From assembly GCA_043754535.1 (NCBI GenBank), contig JAYUUN010000050.1, positions 1 through 44,895 of the forward strand: 44,895 bases of DNA, given 5' to 3'. The translations under genes and the position numbers were made by a program. The notes beneath the pieces are model-generated. The model saw nothing but the letters and a program-made list of their open reading frames with translations, was not told where the DNA came from and made no database searches. Shown here in pieces: positions 1-9,540 of the stretch; position 1 is the stretch's first letter, and each line of letters opens with the position of its first letter. This stretch comes from Chloroflexota bacterium. Its GTDB lineage: Bacteria > Chloroflexota > Chloroflexia > QHBQ01.

Positions 1-13
1 TCTGTCAAGCTAC

Positions 14-2164
14 TTACGGTCTGTCCTCGATAGCCCGGCGGGCTACCTTCGCCATCTCGCCACGGATGATGTAGTCAAAGCGGCGGAAGCAAGTGCCGCT
101 CCCTGTTTTGCAAGGCTGGCCGCTGAGGATGCCCCGATGGTAGAGCGTCTCCACCTCGTTGAAACCGAAGCTGCCCGCCGGTACGTCGCTGAAGGTTGGC
201 GTGGTCGGGGTGTAGAGCGGGTAGTTGCGGATGCGCTGTAGGGTGACGACCGTTTCTACCCGGTTGATCGCGCGATCTGGGCCGAAGGTGCTGCTGCCAT
301 ATCCTTGCATCACCCCAGCCTGGACGGCAGCCTCAATAAACGGGTAGAAGGTGTAGGCGGTCGGCACGTCGTTGAAGGTTGGGCTAGAGGGTGTGTAGCT
401 GGGGATACCGAAGCCGCGCACTACGATCTTGGCGAACTGGCCGCGGATGGTATTGTTGTTGGGTCGGTAGAGGCCTTCCACGTAGCCGTTGACGATGCCG
501 CGGCAGGTGATGAAAACGATGTCGTTGTAGAAGATGTAGGCGGTCGGCACGTCGGGGAAGCTGAGGCTGCAAGGGGTGGCGGTAGCTGAGCGGGCCGTGC
601 TGCTGGCCGTTGGGCTGGCCGCTGTAGTCGCACTGGGCGGCACTGGCGTACTGGTTGCGAGAGCAGTACGGGTGGCAGGTACGGCAGTGGCGGTATTGGT
701 GGCAACCGCAGCGACGGTGCCAGTCGGGCTGGCGGTACTGCTGGCAACCGCAGTGCCTGTAGCGGTTGCCGTGCTACCTGGCAGGCTGGTAATAGTAGCC
801 GTGGCAACGCGAGTTGTGGTAGCCGTGGCCGTGGCCGTGGCCGTGCGAGTTGTGGTAGCCGTGGCAGTGGCAGTTGCGGTCGCTGGGCTGGTAGCGGTTG
901 CCGAAGGAGTGACGCAGTTGGCCTGGGCCACCACATCATCTATGTAGAGATTCGAGCTAAAGCTGGGGTTCACTAGCTGGAAGGTAATAGTGACTTGCTG
1001 ACCGCTGTAAGCTGCGAGGTTGGTCGTGCTGTTAGTCCAGCTGATCACGGTCTGGTTGTTGGCAAGTAGTATCGTGCTGGTACTCACCCCGGTGGCGGGG
1101 GCTACAAGCACACTGGCGGTAGTAGAACTGCCAGCATTGCCCCGGTACCAGTGACTCAAAGTTGCGCCGCCAGCAGGCACGGTGAAAGATCGGCTGAGAG
1201 TGATGTCAGCGAGGCTAGGCTGCAAACCGCTCGCCGTGGCTGCGGAGAAGGCGGCAGCGTAGGTGCCACTATGCGGATTGTTGATGGTCGCGAACGCCCC
1301 AATGGTGGAACTCCAGCCAGTCAGGTTGCCGCTCTCAAAGCCACCATTGGTTAGTAGGTTGATGCAGGGGTCAGGGGTAGCAGTTGCGGTCTGGGTGGCG
1401 GTGGCGGTCTGGGTGGCGGTGGCAGTTGCGGTCTGGGTAGTGGTGGCGGCGGGTGTGAGGCAGGCGTTGGTGAGCATGATTACGTCGTCTATGCCCAGGT
1501 CGGCACTGCTGCCGAGCGCGCTCGCCCTGAATTGTAGAGTGACTGACTGCCCAGCATAAGCCGCAAGGTTGATCGTGCCGCTAGTCCAGCTGCTCACCGT
1601 CTGGCTGTTATCTAGCAGCCTGATGCTGAGGTTGGGGCCGCTGCTGGGTATGATCAGCAAGTCAGCAAGTCCGTCGCCACCCGTGCTACCTTTGTACCAG
1701 TAACTTAGGGTTGCGCCAGCAGCAGGGACGGCGACCGACTGGGTGAGGTTGGCAGTTGTGCCACCATCAGGTGCAGACTTACTGCCCAGCAGTGGCCCTG
1801 CATACAAGCGGGCGTAGTAGTTGCCGCTGTTCGCGCCGCCGTTGACGGCGGTGAAATAGTTGCCGCTGCCAGTCCAGCCAGTCAGGTCGCCCGTCTCGAA
1901 GCCGCCGTTCTGGATCAAGTTGATGGTACAAGGGTCGGGTGTGCTGGTTACGCTAGGGGTGGTGGTCAATGCTGGACGGTCTGGCACACTGGTGCCGCTG
2001 TTGTTGCCAGTGCTGCGGTTGGGGGTCGCTTTGCTTGCACTAGCTGCTGATGCAGCATTGGGGCTGAGCTTCAGCGCATAGGCCATGCCGCTGAAGCTAG
2101 CCAGCAGGCTAACGAGTATGAGTGCCAACAGGCCCATACTCACACGCTTGAGATAACGAACCAC
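14..2164 (-). CDS. Secreted cell-surface protein with two carbohydrate-binding-like (CBM4/9-like, NGGFE...DDV) repeats, Thr/Ala-rich linkers and C-terminal SLH domains
   Basis: GTG start at 2164 after AAGGAG; hydrophobic signal peptide; two repeats starting NLIQNGGFETG / NLLTNGGFESG; C-terminal FPDV..RGIVNGY, FNDV..GVMQGY, FSDV..RGILSG SLH motifs. Confidence 0.85.
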   Translation of the reverse strand: MVRYLKRVSMGLLALILVSLLASFSGMAYALKLSPNAASAASASKATPNRSTGNNSGTSVPDRPALTTTPSVTSTPDPCTINLIQNGGFETGDLTGWTGSGNYFTAVNGGANSGNYYARLYAGPLLGSKSAPDGGTTANLTQSVAVPAAGATLSYWYKGSTGGDGLADLLIIPSSGPNLSIRLLDNSQTVSSWTSGTINLAAYAGQSVTLQFRASALGSSADLGIDDVIMLTNACLTPAATTTQTATATATQTATATQTATATPDPCINLLTNGGFESGNLTGWSSTIGAFATINNPHSGTYAAAFSAATASGLQPSLADITLSRSFTVPAGGATLSHWYRGNAGSSTTASVLVAPATGVSTSTILLANNQTVISWTNSTTNLAAYSGQQVTITFQLVNPSFSSNLYIDDVVAQANCVTPSATATSPATATATATATTTRTATATATATTTRVATATITSLPGSTATATGTAVASSTASPTGTVAAVATNTATAVPATRTALATSTPVPPSATTAASPTASSTARSATATPCSLSFPDVPTAYIFYNDIVFITCRGIVNGYVEGLYRPNNNTIRGQFAKIVVRGFGIPSYTPSSPTFNDVPTAYTFYPFIEAAVQAGVMQGYGSSTFGPDRAINRVETVVTLQRIRNYPLYTPTTPTFSDVPAGSFGFNEVETLYHRGILSGQPCKTGSGTCFRRFDYIIRGEMAKVARRAIEDRP

Positions 2165-2299
2165 TATCTTCTTCTCCTTTTTCCTGTTCCTCCAACACAG
2201 CCGCCATGATGATCGTTGCTGGCGGGGGAAGCTGTGCGCCGTTCCAGGGGTAGCATCCATCCCGCTATCATACAGCTTTGTAAACCCCCAGGCTGCTAT

Positions 2300-2308
2300 A
2301 TTATAGCA
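2300..2308 (-). promoter_or_regulatory. Extended -10 promoter element (TGCTATAAT) for the SLH protein gene
   Basis: Minus strand reads GTGCTATAATATAGC about 135 nt upstream of the GTG start. Confidence 0.55.
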
Positions 2309-2314
2309 CTTTGA

Positions 2315-2357
2315 CCTTACCAACAACCTTACCAACAACCTTACCAATAGCCTTACC
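2315..2357. repeat. 12-bp tandem direct repeat CCTTACCAACAA (about 3.6 copies)
   Basis: Copies start at 2315, 2327, 2339 (CCTTACCAATAG) and 2351 (partial CCTTACC). Confidence 0.9.
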
Positions 2358-2628
2358 TTCTGTGCTAGTTGCAAGATTTGCAGCACATGTGCTGGGGCTG
2401 TGCTGTTCCCGCAGGAATGTACCTCGCTGGCAGGCCGCTTTGTGCGACAGGCTAGCACGGTGGGCTACTGTTTGGGCAACGACTGCTCATCGCACAAACC
2501 GACAAGGCAGAGTGAGGGCAGCCAGCAAGTGGCGGTATCTACAGTTGATCGGCCAGCACCATAGGTGTGGGTGGCAGGATGCTGGAAGTGCGATCTAGCC
2601 ACCCGCGAGCCTGGTTGCATCCAAGCTA

Positions 2629-2657
2629 TTGACTCTTTCCCATTGCTATGCTATCAT
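2629..2657 (+). promoter_or_regulatory. Sigma70-type promoter of the marR/beta-oxidation operon
   Basis: TTGACT (2629-2634), 17 bp, then TATCAT (2652-2657) preceded by extended TG. Confidence 0.7.
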
Positions 2658-2671
2658 GTTTCCTACAAGGG

Positions 2672-2692
2672 TTGGAATATCCAATCATTGGA
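2672..2692. promoter_or_regulatory. Candidate MarR operator (overlapping palindromes)
   Basis: TTGGA-ATA-TCCAA overlaps TCCAAT-C-ATTGGA just downstream of the -10. Confidence 0.5.
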
Positions 2693-2729
2693 CAGTTCAG
2701 CTTTTGGAGCAATTGTGCAAGAGGTAACA

Positions 2730-3206
2730 ATGCCGTCTACCCATCCACTCAACAAGCCAGTGAGCAAAGAGGCTATCGAGAGCCTGAAAAGCTCCATCGA
2801 GCAGCTTGCCCGCCGCTATCTCACCCGTATTGACGAGGTGATCGCCGCCGACCCCAACCTGAACAAGCAGGAGGTGGCCGTGATCGAGCGCATCGCCTGG
2901 TATAGGCTGCACACGGTCAGTGACATTGCTGGCAACGGCAAGTTCATGCCGCTCAGCACCGCCTCTTGGACGGTGGACAAGCTGGTGGAGAAGGGCTACC
3001 TTGAACGCCGCCCCCACCCCAGCGACCGCCGCGTTACCCTCATCTATCTCACTGGTCCTGGTCGTGCTGTCCTCAAGCAGCTTGACGGGATGTACCAGGC
3101 GATCTCCGAAGCGATCCTACGTGGCCTTGACGCAGAGGAAACCGCTGTCGTGCTGCGGGCTATGGAGCGCGTCAGCCAGGAAGAAGATGGTGCTGGCGAG
3201 CCGTAG
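2730..3206 (+). CDS. MarR family transcriptional regulator
   Basis: ATG after GAGG; wHTH ...STASWTVDKLVEKGYLERRPHPSDRRVTLIYLTGPG. Confidence 0.9.
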   Translation: MPSTHPLNKPVSKEAIESLKSSIEQLARRYLTRIDEVIAADPNLNKQEVAVIERIAWYRLHTVSDIAGNGKFMPLSTASWTVDKLVEKGYLERRPHPSDRRVTLIYLTGPGRAVLKQLDGMYQAISEAILRGLDAEETAVVLRAMERVSQEEDGAGEP

Positions 3207-3254
3207 CTCATTACCATCTGTAGTTGCACTTGTTACTCTAGATAGGAGCTTGCG

Positions 3255-4448
3255 ATGAAGCAACCTGTACTCGTCAACGGTGTACGTACCCCTATCGGTG
3301 TGATGGGTGGCGCAATGCGCGACCTCACCGCCCAGGAGTTGGGCCGCCTTGCCACCGTCGAACTGCTCAAGCGTACCAACCTTGACCCGGCCCTGGTCGA
3401 GGAGATCACCTTCGGCTGTGCTGGGCAGGGCAGCGACGCGCCGAATATTGCTCGTGTAATTGGCCTGCTGGCCGGTGTCCCTGTCTCCGTCCCCGGCATG
3501 ACCGTCCACCGCAACTGCGCCAGCGGCATCCAGGCCATCACTTCCGCCTGCCAGAACATCAAGTGCGACGACGCAGATGTGCAGATTGTGGGCGGGGTAG
3601 AGAGTATGTCAAACATCCCCTATATCAACCGCGATATGCGTTATGGCAAGAAGCTGACGCACTCGGTGATGATCGACTCGTTGTGGGAGGGGCTGACCGA
3701 CCCCGTATGCAACCTGATGATGGGCGGCACAGCAGAGAACCTGGCCGCTGACTATGGTATTAGTCGTGAGGAACAGGATAAGTTTGCAGTAGAGAGCCAC
3801 AAGAAGGCGTTTCGCGCCCAGCGCATGGGTAAGTTCAACGACGAAATTATGACCTTGATGATTCCCAAGAAGGCGCGGGGCCAGCAAGTCGCCCCTGAAA
3901 CCGTCACCCAGGACGAGGGGCCAAACGCTGCTCTCACTTTGCAGACGCTGGCGATGTACCCGACCGCCTTCAAGAAAGATAGTGGCACCGTCACCGCTGG
4001 CAACGCCTGTTCGCTCAACGATGCGGCTGTCTCCCTGCTGATGATGTCTGAGGATCGGGCGCAGGAGCTAAACTATGAGCCGCTCGCCTACATCCGGGCC
4101 TACGCCTACGCCGGGGTAGAGCCAGACCGCATGGGCATCGGCCCAGTCAAGGCAATCCCGCTCGCGCTGAAGAAGGCGGGGCTGAAGCTGGACGATATTG
4201 AGTTGATCGAGATCAACGAGGCGTTTGCTGCCCAGTACCTTGCTGTCGAGCGGCTGCTAGACCTTGACCGCAAGAAGGTGAACGTCAATGGGGGGGCGAT
4301 TGCCCTCGGTCACCCGATTGGCGCGACTGGCGCACGGCTCGTCCTTGCCCTCGCCTACGAGATGAAGCGGACTGGCGCGAAGTATGGCCTCGCTGCCCTT
4401 TGCGTGGGTGGTGGGCAGGGCGGCGCGATTGTGCTGGAGCGTCCGTAA
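3255..4448 (+). CDS. Acetyl-CoA acyltransferase (thiolase)
   Basis: RNCASG catalytic Cys, [13 protein letters not shown] and CVGGGQG motifs. Confidence 0.96.
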   Translation: MKQPVLVNGVRTPIGVMGGAMRDLTAQELGRLATVELLKRTNLDPALVEEITFGCAGQGSDAPNIARVIGLLAGVPVSVPGMTVHRNCASGIQAITSACQNIKCDDADVQIVGGVESMSNIPYINRDMRYGKKLTHSVMIDSLWEGLTDPVCNLMMGGTAENLAADYGISREEQDKFAVESHKKAFRAQRMGKFNDEIMTLMIPKKARGQQVAPETVTQDEGPNAALTLQTLAMYPTAFKKDSGTVTAGNACSLNDAAVSLLMMSEDRAQELNYEPLAYIRAYAYAGVEPDRMGIGPVKAIPLALKKAGLKLDDIELIEINEAFAAQYLAVERLLDLDRKKVNVNGGAIALGHPIGATGARLVLALAYEMKRTGAKYGLAALCVGGGQGGAIVLERP

Positions 4449-4507
4449 ATCGCAGGAGGGCGCAACGTCGTGCGCCCCTTCCTGTTGCTACTCAATGAGG
4501 AGGAGAG

Positions 4508-5713
4508 ATGTACATTTTCAAAGCAGCAGTCGTCGGAGCGGGGGCGATGGGCGGCAGTATTGCTCAGGTAATCAGCTACAGCGGCCTGCCCGTCGTGGTC
4601 AAGGACATTGACCAGCACGCCCTTGACCTTGCCCGCGAGAAGGCCGAGTCGATCTACCAGGATCGCGTCCGCAAAGGGAAGATGGGCGCGTCTGAGGTAG
4701 CCAGCAAGATGGCCCTGATCAGCTACCAGCTTGATTACGAGGGCTTTGACGACGTAGACATTGTGATCGAGGCCGTGCCAGAGAAGATGAGTATCAAGCA
4801 GGCCGTCTACAAGGAGCTTGATGCAGCTTGTCACCCAGGGGCGATCTTTGCCTCCAACACCTCGGCCTTGAGCATCAGCGAGATGGCCGCTGCTACCAAG
4901 CGGCCCAACAAGATGATCGGGATGCACTTCTTCAACCCCGCCAATGTGATGAAGCTGGTTGAGGTAATCCCTGGCAGCCAGACCGACGCAGAGACGGTGC
5001 AGGATGTGGTCAGCTTCAGCCAGGACTTGCGGAAGATACCAGTAGTGGTCAAGGAATGCGCGGGCTTCCTGGTCAATCGGTTGCTCGGTCCCTACCTGAA
5101 CGAGGCTGCCTACGCCTTGCAAGAGGGGGCCGCCACCGCCAACCAGATCGACGGCCAAGCGACAGGCGTAGGGATGCCGATGGGGCCGTTCATGCTGGCG
5201 GATATGCTCGGCCTCGATGTTTGCTACGATGCGGCTGGCACAATGTACAAGGCTTACGGCGAACGCTTCCGCCCGGCGGAGATCATGGGCAAGCTCTACC
5301 AGCACCGCAAGCTGGGCCAGAAGTCGGGCGCAGGCTTCTACACCTACAGCGACGAGACCCCGCCCAGCCTCGAAGACTTGATCACCGAGGTACAGCGTGA
5401 GACCAACCTCCTGACCAGTGACTTCGCGGTTGACCGCATTATCTTGCCCATGGTCAACGAAGCAATCTACGCCCTGCAAGAGCAGGTGGCCGGGATTGGC
5501 GACATTAACACCGCGATGATGGCAGGCGCAGGGATGCGTGTTGGCCCCCTGGCCCTCGCTGATGAGCGCGGCCTGGACGAAATCCTCAGCAGGCTGGAGG
5601 CCTATGAGCAGCAGTTTGGCGCACGCTTCACGCCCGCTCCCTTGCTGCGCGAGAAGGTGGCAGCGGGCGAACTTGGCAAAAAGAGCGGCAAGGGCTTCCA
5701 GGAATATAGCTAG
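4508..5713 (+). CDS. 3-hydroxyacyl-CoA dehydrogenase with duplicated C-terminal domain
   Basis: GAGAMG NAD-binding, ASNTSAL, GMHFFNPA; two C-terminal GP..LAD..GLD...LG.KSG.GF repeats. Confidence 0.94.
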   Translation: MYIFKAAVVGAGAMGGSIAQVISYSGLPVVVKDIDQHALDLAREKAESIYQDRVRKGKMGASEVASKMALISYQLDYEGFDDVDIVIEAVPEKMSIKQAVYKELDAACHPGAIFASNTSALSISEMAAATKRPNKMIGMHFFNPANVMKLVEVIPGSQTDAETVQDVVSFSQDLRKIPVVVKECAGFLVNRLLGPYLNEAAYALQEGAATANQIDGQATGVGMPMGPFMLADMLGLDVCYDAAGTMYKAYGERFRPAEIMGKLYQHRKLGQKSGAGFYTYSDETPPSLEDLITEVQRETNLLTSDFAVDRIILPMVNEAIYALQEQVAGIGDINTAMMAGAGMRVGPLALADERGLDEILSRLEAYEQQFGARFTPAPLLREKVAAGELGKKSGKGFQEYS

Positions 5714-5762
5714 CGGCGGCGACTACCATCACCAACTCAAGCAGTGGAGCAAGGAGCGAGCG

Positions 5763-6575
5763 ATGACATTGGAGAACAATGGGCAGTACATCAAGCTGAC
5801 GACCGAGGACGGCGGCAGGATTGCGATCATCACGGTGGACAATCCCCCCGCCAACGCTTTGGGGCGGGCTGTGCTGCTAGAGTTGAGCGACGCGGTAGAC
5901 GCTTTCGCTGCCGACCCGACTGCGAAGGTGGCGATCCTCACCGGTGGTACTGAGGCTGGGGCGGGCCAGATTTTCGTTGCTGGGGCCGACATCAACGACA
6001 TTGCGGGGCTGCAAAGAGCTACTGACGCTGAAGAAGCGGTTAGTCAGGGCCAGGGCTTGTTCAACAAGATTGCAGGGTTGCCCAAGCCGATAATCGCCGC
6101 GATCAACGGTGCCTGCCTCGGTGGGGGCAACGAACTGGCAATGGCCTGCCCGCTACGGATCGCCAGCGCGAACGCTACCTTCGGCCAGCCGGAGATCAAG
6201 CTGGGTATCATCCCCGGTTTCGGTGGCACCCAGCGGTTGCCGCGTATCATCGGCAAGGCGAAGGCGTTGGAGATGATCCTCACTGGTAGCAATATCAACG
6301 CGCAGGAGGCTCTACGCCTCGGCCTGATCAACAAGGTAGCCGCTGAGGGGATGCTGCTGCGCGAGGCCAAGGGGCTGGCGAAGGTGATCAGCACTATGGG
6401 TGGCAAGGCGGTCGCGGCCATCCTGCAAGCGGTTGAGCAAGGGATGAGCGGCACCCGCGACGAGGGTATGGCCCTTGAGCGCAAGCTGTTCGGTCAGATC
6501 GCTGAGACTGAGGACAAGCGCGAGGGGCTGAAGGCCTTCGTCGAAAAGCGGCGGCCTAACTTTACGGATCGCTAG
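5763..6575 (+). CDS. Enoyl-CoA hydratase/isomerase
   Basis: ATG at 5763 after AAGGAG; FVAGADI, GGGNELAMAC, QPEIKLGIIPGFGGTQRL. Confidence 0.94.
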   Translation: MTLENNGQYIKLTTEDGGRIAIITVDNPPANALGRAVLLELSDAVDAFAADPTAKVAILTGGTEAGAGQIFVAGADINDIAGLQRATDAEEAVSQGQGLFNKIAGLPKPIIAAINGACLGGGNELAMACPLRIASANATFGQPEIKLGIIPGFGGTQRLPRIIGKAKALEMILTGSNINAQEALRLGLINKVAAEGMLLREAKGLAKVISTMGGKAVAAILQAVEQGMSGTRDEGMALERKLFGQIAETEDKREGLKAFVEKRRPNFTDR

Positions 6576-6588
6576 GAGAGGCACAAAG

Positions 6589-7761
6589 ATGGACTTCACC
6601 CTATCCAAAGAACACCAGATGCTCAAGCGCAGCCTGCGCGAGTTTGTGGAGAGCGAACTGGCCCCGGTCGCCCGTGATACTGACCTGCACGAGCGGCAGA
6701 CCGAGGCGAACCTGGGGAAGATGGCGCGGGCGGGGATGTTCGGCCTGCCCTTCCCCCAGAAGTACGGCGGCGCAGGCATGGGCGAGCTTGGCTATTGCCT
6801 GATGATGGAGGAAACCGCCCGTGTAGATAGTAGCACTACCACCATCCTCGGCGCACACATTGGCATTGGTGCAATGACGATCTACCTGGATGGCACCGAG
6901 GAGCAGAAGCAGAAGTATCTTGTCCCCGCTGCAAGGGGCGAGCTGCTGGCTGCCTTCGCCCTGACCGAGCCGGGCGCAGGTAGCGATGCGGCGGGCATTC
7001 GCACCAACGCAGTGCGTAAGGGCGATGAGTACATCCTCAACGGCAGCAAAATATGGATCACCAACGGCCCCACCGCTGGGGTAATCACTGTCTTTGCCGT
7101 CACCGACCGCACATTGGGCGCACGTGGTGGCGTAACCGCCTTCCTGGTCGAACCCTCGTTTGAGGGCTTCAGCGTCGGCAAGCTGTACGACAAGATGGGT
7201 ATTCGCGGTAGCGGCACTGCTGAGATCGTGATGCAGGATTGCCGGGTGCCGAAAGCCAATGTACTGGGCAAAGTCGGCCTCGGCTTCATTACTGCGATGA
7301 AGACGCTAGATGGCGGACGGCTCGGCCTGGGTGCAGGCAGCCTCGGTGGGGCAGAGGCGGCATTGGAGGCTTGCGTGGCCTACGCAAAGCGCAAGTTCGT
7401 CTGCGACCGCGGCCAACTCACCCCCCTTGCCTATCAGCAGTACGTGCAGTGGGTGGTCGCTGACATCGCCGCCGACGTGTACGCCCTGCGCCAAATGGTT
7501 TATCATTGCGCGCACATGGCTGACAGCGGCCAGAAGTTTTCGCAGGAGTCGGCTATCGTCAAGATGTTCGGCTCCGAAGTCGGCGCACGGGCAATCGAGC
7601 GCGTGCAGCAGGTGATGGGCCAGGACGGGGTGATGGTCGGCGGCAACATCGAGCGCGGGATGCGCGACGAGCGAATCAGCCGCATCTTCGAGGGAACGAA
7701 CGAGATTCAGCGCACTGTGATCGCGGGCGAAATCTTCAAGAAGGTGGGCTTGAAGGTATGA
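6589..7761 (+). CDS. Acyl-CoA dehydrogenase
   Basis: ALTEPGAGSD, LNGSKIWITNG, KMGIRGS, RIFEGTNEIQR. Confidence 0.96.
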   Translation: MDFTLSKEHQMLKRSLREFVESELAPVARDTDLHERQTEANLGKMARAGMFGLPFPQKYGGAGMGELGYCLMMEETARVDSSTTTILGAHIGIGAMTIYLDGTEEQKQKYLVPAARGELLAAFALTEPGAGSDAAGIRTNAVRKGDEYILNGSKIWITNGPTAGVITVFAVTDRTLGARGGVTAFLVEPSFEGFSVGKLYDKMGIRGSGTAEIVMQDCRVPKANVLGKVGLGFITAMKTLDGGRLGLGAGSLGGAEAALEACVAYAKRKFVCDRGQLTPLAYQQYVQWVVADIAADVYALRQMVYHCAHMADSGQKFSQESAIVKMFGSEVGARAIERVQQVMGQDGVMVGGNIERGMRDERISRIFEGTNEIQRTVIAGEIFKKVGLKV

Positions 7762-8504
7762 AGATAGTTGTAGTGGTCAATGCTGTGCCTGCGGAGCGGG
7801 TCAGCGTTACTGCTGGTAAGCTGGACTTCGGCGAAGCTGCCATGCTCGGCCCTGCCAGCCGCGCCGCCCTCTACCTGGCCCTGGCGGTCAGCGACGAGGT
7901 GACAGTGCTGGCGACTGGCGAACTGGCAGCAGCAGAGGATGCCCTCCGCGAAGCCCTGGCCTATGGAGCGCAGCGGGCAATCCTGATCGCCGCGAGCGAC
8001 CAACGTGGGGCCACCGACTATGCCGCTCGCGCTGATGCGGTCAAGGGTGCGCTTGAGCAGGTGGAGAGCGACTTGATCATCTGCGCTGCTGGCAGCTACG
8101 CTCTGGCACGCGGTAGCTTCGCTCCCACCGGCGCGCTGCTGGCGGGGATGCTCGGTCGTGCCTACATCGGCGGGGTAGAGAGCCTGGTGCAGGCTGGCGA
8201 TCTGGAGGTAACGGCCCGCGAGGGTGACGAACTGCTGACCTACGCTGTGCCAGCCGGGACGCAAGTAGTGTTGGGGGTGAGCAATCCTGCCCCCGCTGCC
8301 CACGAGCTACCCTGGTTCGGCGGTATCCTCAATGCTTACCACGGCGGTGAGGTTGAGCGGCAGGCGGTGGCTGGCGAAGGCAAGCTAACCCTCAGCCAAA
8401 TCGGGCCAGCCCCCAGGCGCGATGGCCGCGAGTTGCTGACCGACCCAGCAGCGGAGAGCGTAGCAGTGCTGGTCGAGTCGCTGCGGACAAGGAGCCTGAT
8501 CTGA
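7758..8504 (+). CDS. etfB: Electron transfer flavoprotein beta subunit (divergent)
   Basis: MKIVVVV start, LREALAYGAQRAILI; ATGA-coupled to the ACAD gene and directly upstream of etfA. Confidence 0.75.
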   Translation: MKIVVVVNAVPAERVSVTAGKLDFGEAAMLGPASRAALYLALAVSDEVTVLATGELAAAEDALREALAYGAQRAILIAASDQRGATDYAARADAVKGALEQVESDLIICAAGSYALARGSFAPTGALLAGMLGRAYIGGVESLVQAGDLEVTAREGDELLTYAVPAGTQVVLGVSNPAPAAHELPWFGGILNAYHGGEVERQAVAGEGKLTLSQIGPAPRRDGRELLTDPAAESVAVLVESLRTRSLI

Positions 8505-9523
8505 TGGACGATTTCTGGAAATCAGACGATTGGAGCATGAGTGACGAGCCGAATGCTAGCAGTGGTGGTAGTGTGCTGGTGGTCGTCGCCGCTGGGCAGC
8601 TAGCCGCCGCCAAGTCGCTGTTGGGGGCGGCGCAGAGCATTGCCCCCGACCTCGGCGCGAACGTGGTGGCGGCCTTGCTCGGCGGCGACGAGGCGGTGGC
8701 GGACGAACTGCTGAAGGTGGGCGCGACCCAGGTCTGGCTCGTGGACGTGGCAACCAGCGGCCTGCTCGACGATGCAGCCGCTGCTCTGGCCGCCCTTGCC
8801 CAGCAGGAGAGTGTGGCAGTGATCCTCTTTGCCAGCGGCGAACGCGGCGACAGCCTGGCTGGGCAGGTGGCGGGCAGGCTAGGGGCTGGCCTGGTCGTCG
8901 GCGCACAGAGCTTGAGCGTGGATTATGGCAGCCAGCAGGTGCAGGCCGTGCAGCCGATCTACGCTGGCGCGGGCCTGGCAACCTGGCAAGCAAATGGCAA
9001 GCCTGCGATCTTCACCCTGCGGCCTGGCATTGCCACCCCTAGCCTCAACCGCCACGCGACCGGCAAGGTGGCCCGCTTCGACTACGCTGCCACGGGGGAA
9101 TTGCTCAAGGTGGTCAGGCGCGAACACTCCCTCTTGCAGCAGGAGATGCTGCGAGCTAAGGTGATCGTGGCAGGTGGCTACGGCGCAGGTGCGGCTGGCT
9201 TTGCTGCGCTCAAGGAACTGGCTGCTACCCTCGGTGGTGTGGTAGGGGCTAGTAAGTCGGCGGTGGCGGCGGGCTGGGCTACGCGGGAGCAGCAGATCGG
9301 GATGCTCGGCCAGACCGTACGCCCAGACCTCTACATCGCGGTCGGCATCAGTGGCACGCCTGAACACCTGATGGGCATCGCTGAGGGCGCAACTATCGTG
9401 GCTATCAATAGCGACCCCCGCGCCCCGATCTTCCAGCTAGCTGACTATGCAATCGTTGGCGACGCGGCCACCGTGCTGCCTGCCCTGACTGCGCGGCTGA
9501 AGAAGCTCTACGCCAGCGACTAA
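8504..9523 (+). CDS. etfA: Electron transfer flavoprotein alpha subunit
   Basis: QIGMLGQTVRPDLYIAVGISG and IVAINSDPRAPIFQLADYAIVGD FAD-domain motifs. Confidence 0.92.
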   Translation: MDDFWKSDDWSMSDEPNASSGGSVLVVVAAGQLAAAKSLLGAAQSIAPDLGANVVAALLGGDEAVADELLKVGATQVWLVDVATSGLLDDAAAALAALAQQESVAVILFASGERGDSLAGQVAGRLGAGLVVGAQSLSVDYGSQQVQAVQPIYAGAGLATWQANGKPAIFTLRPGIATPSLNRHATGKVARFDYAATGELLKVVRREHSLLQQEMLRAKVIVAGGYGAGAAGFAALKELAATLGGVVGASKSAVAAGWATREQQIGMLGQTVRPDLYIAVGISGTPEHLMGIAEGATIVAINSDPRAPIFQLADYAIVGDAATVLPALTARLKKLYASD

Positions 9524-9540
9524 GAACTAAAGGCTAAACT

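Noticed and set aside
2165..2729. N-terminal extensions of the 814-aa and 213-aa ORF calls
   Set aside because: They run through promoter and repeat DNA; RBS-supported starts are 2164 and 2730
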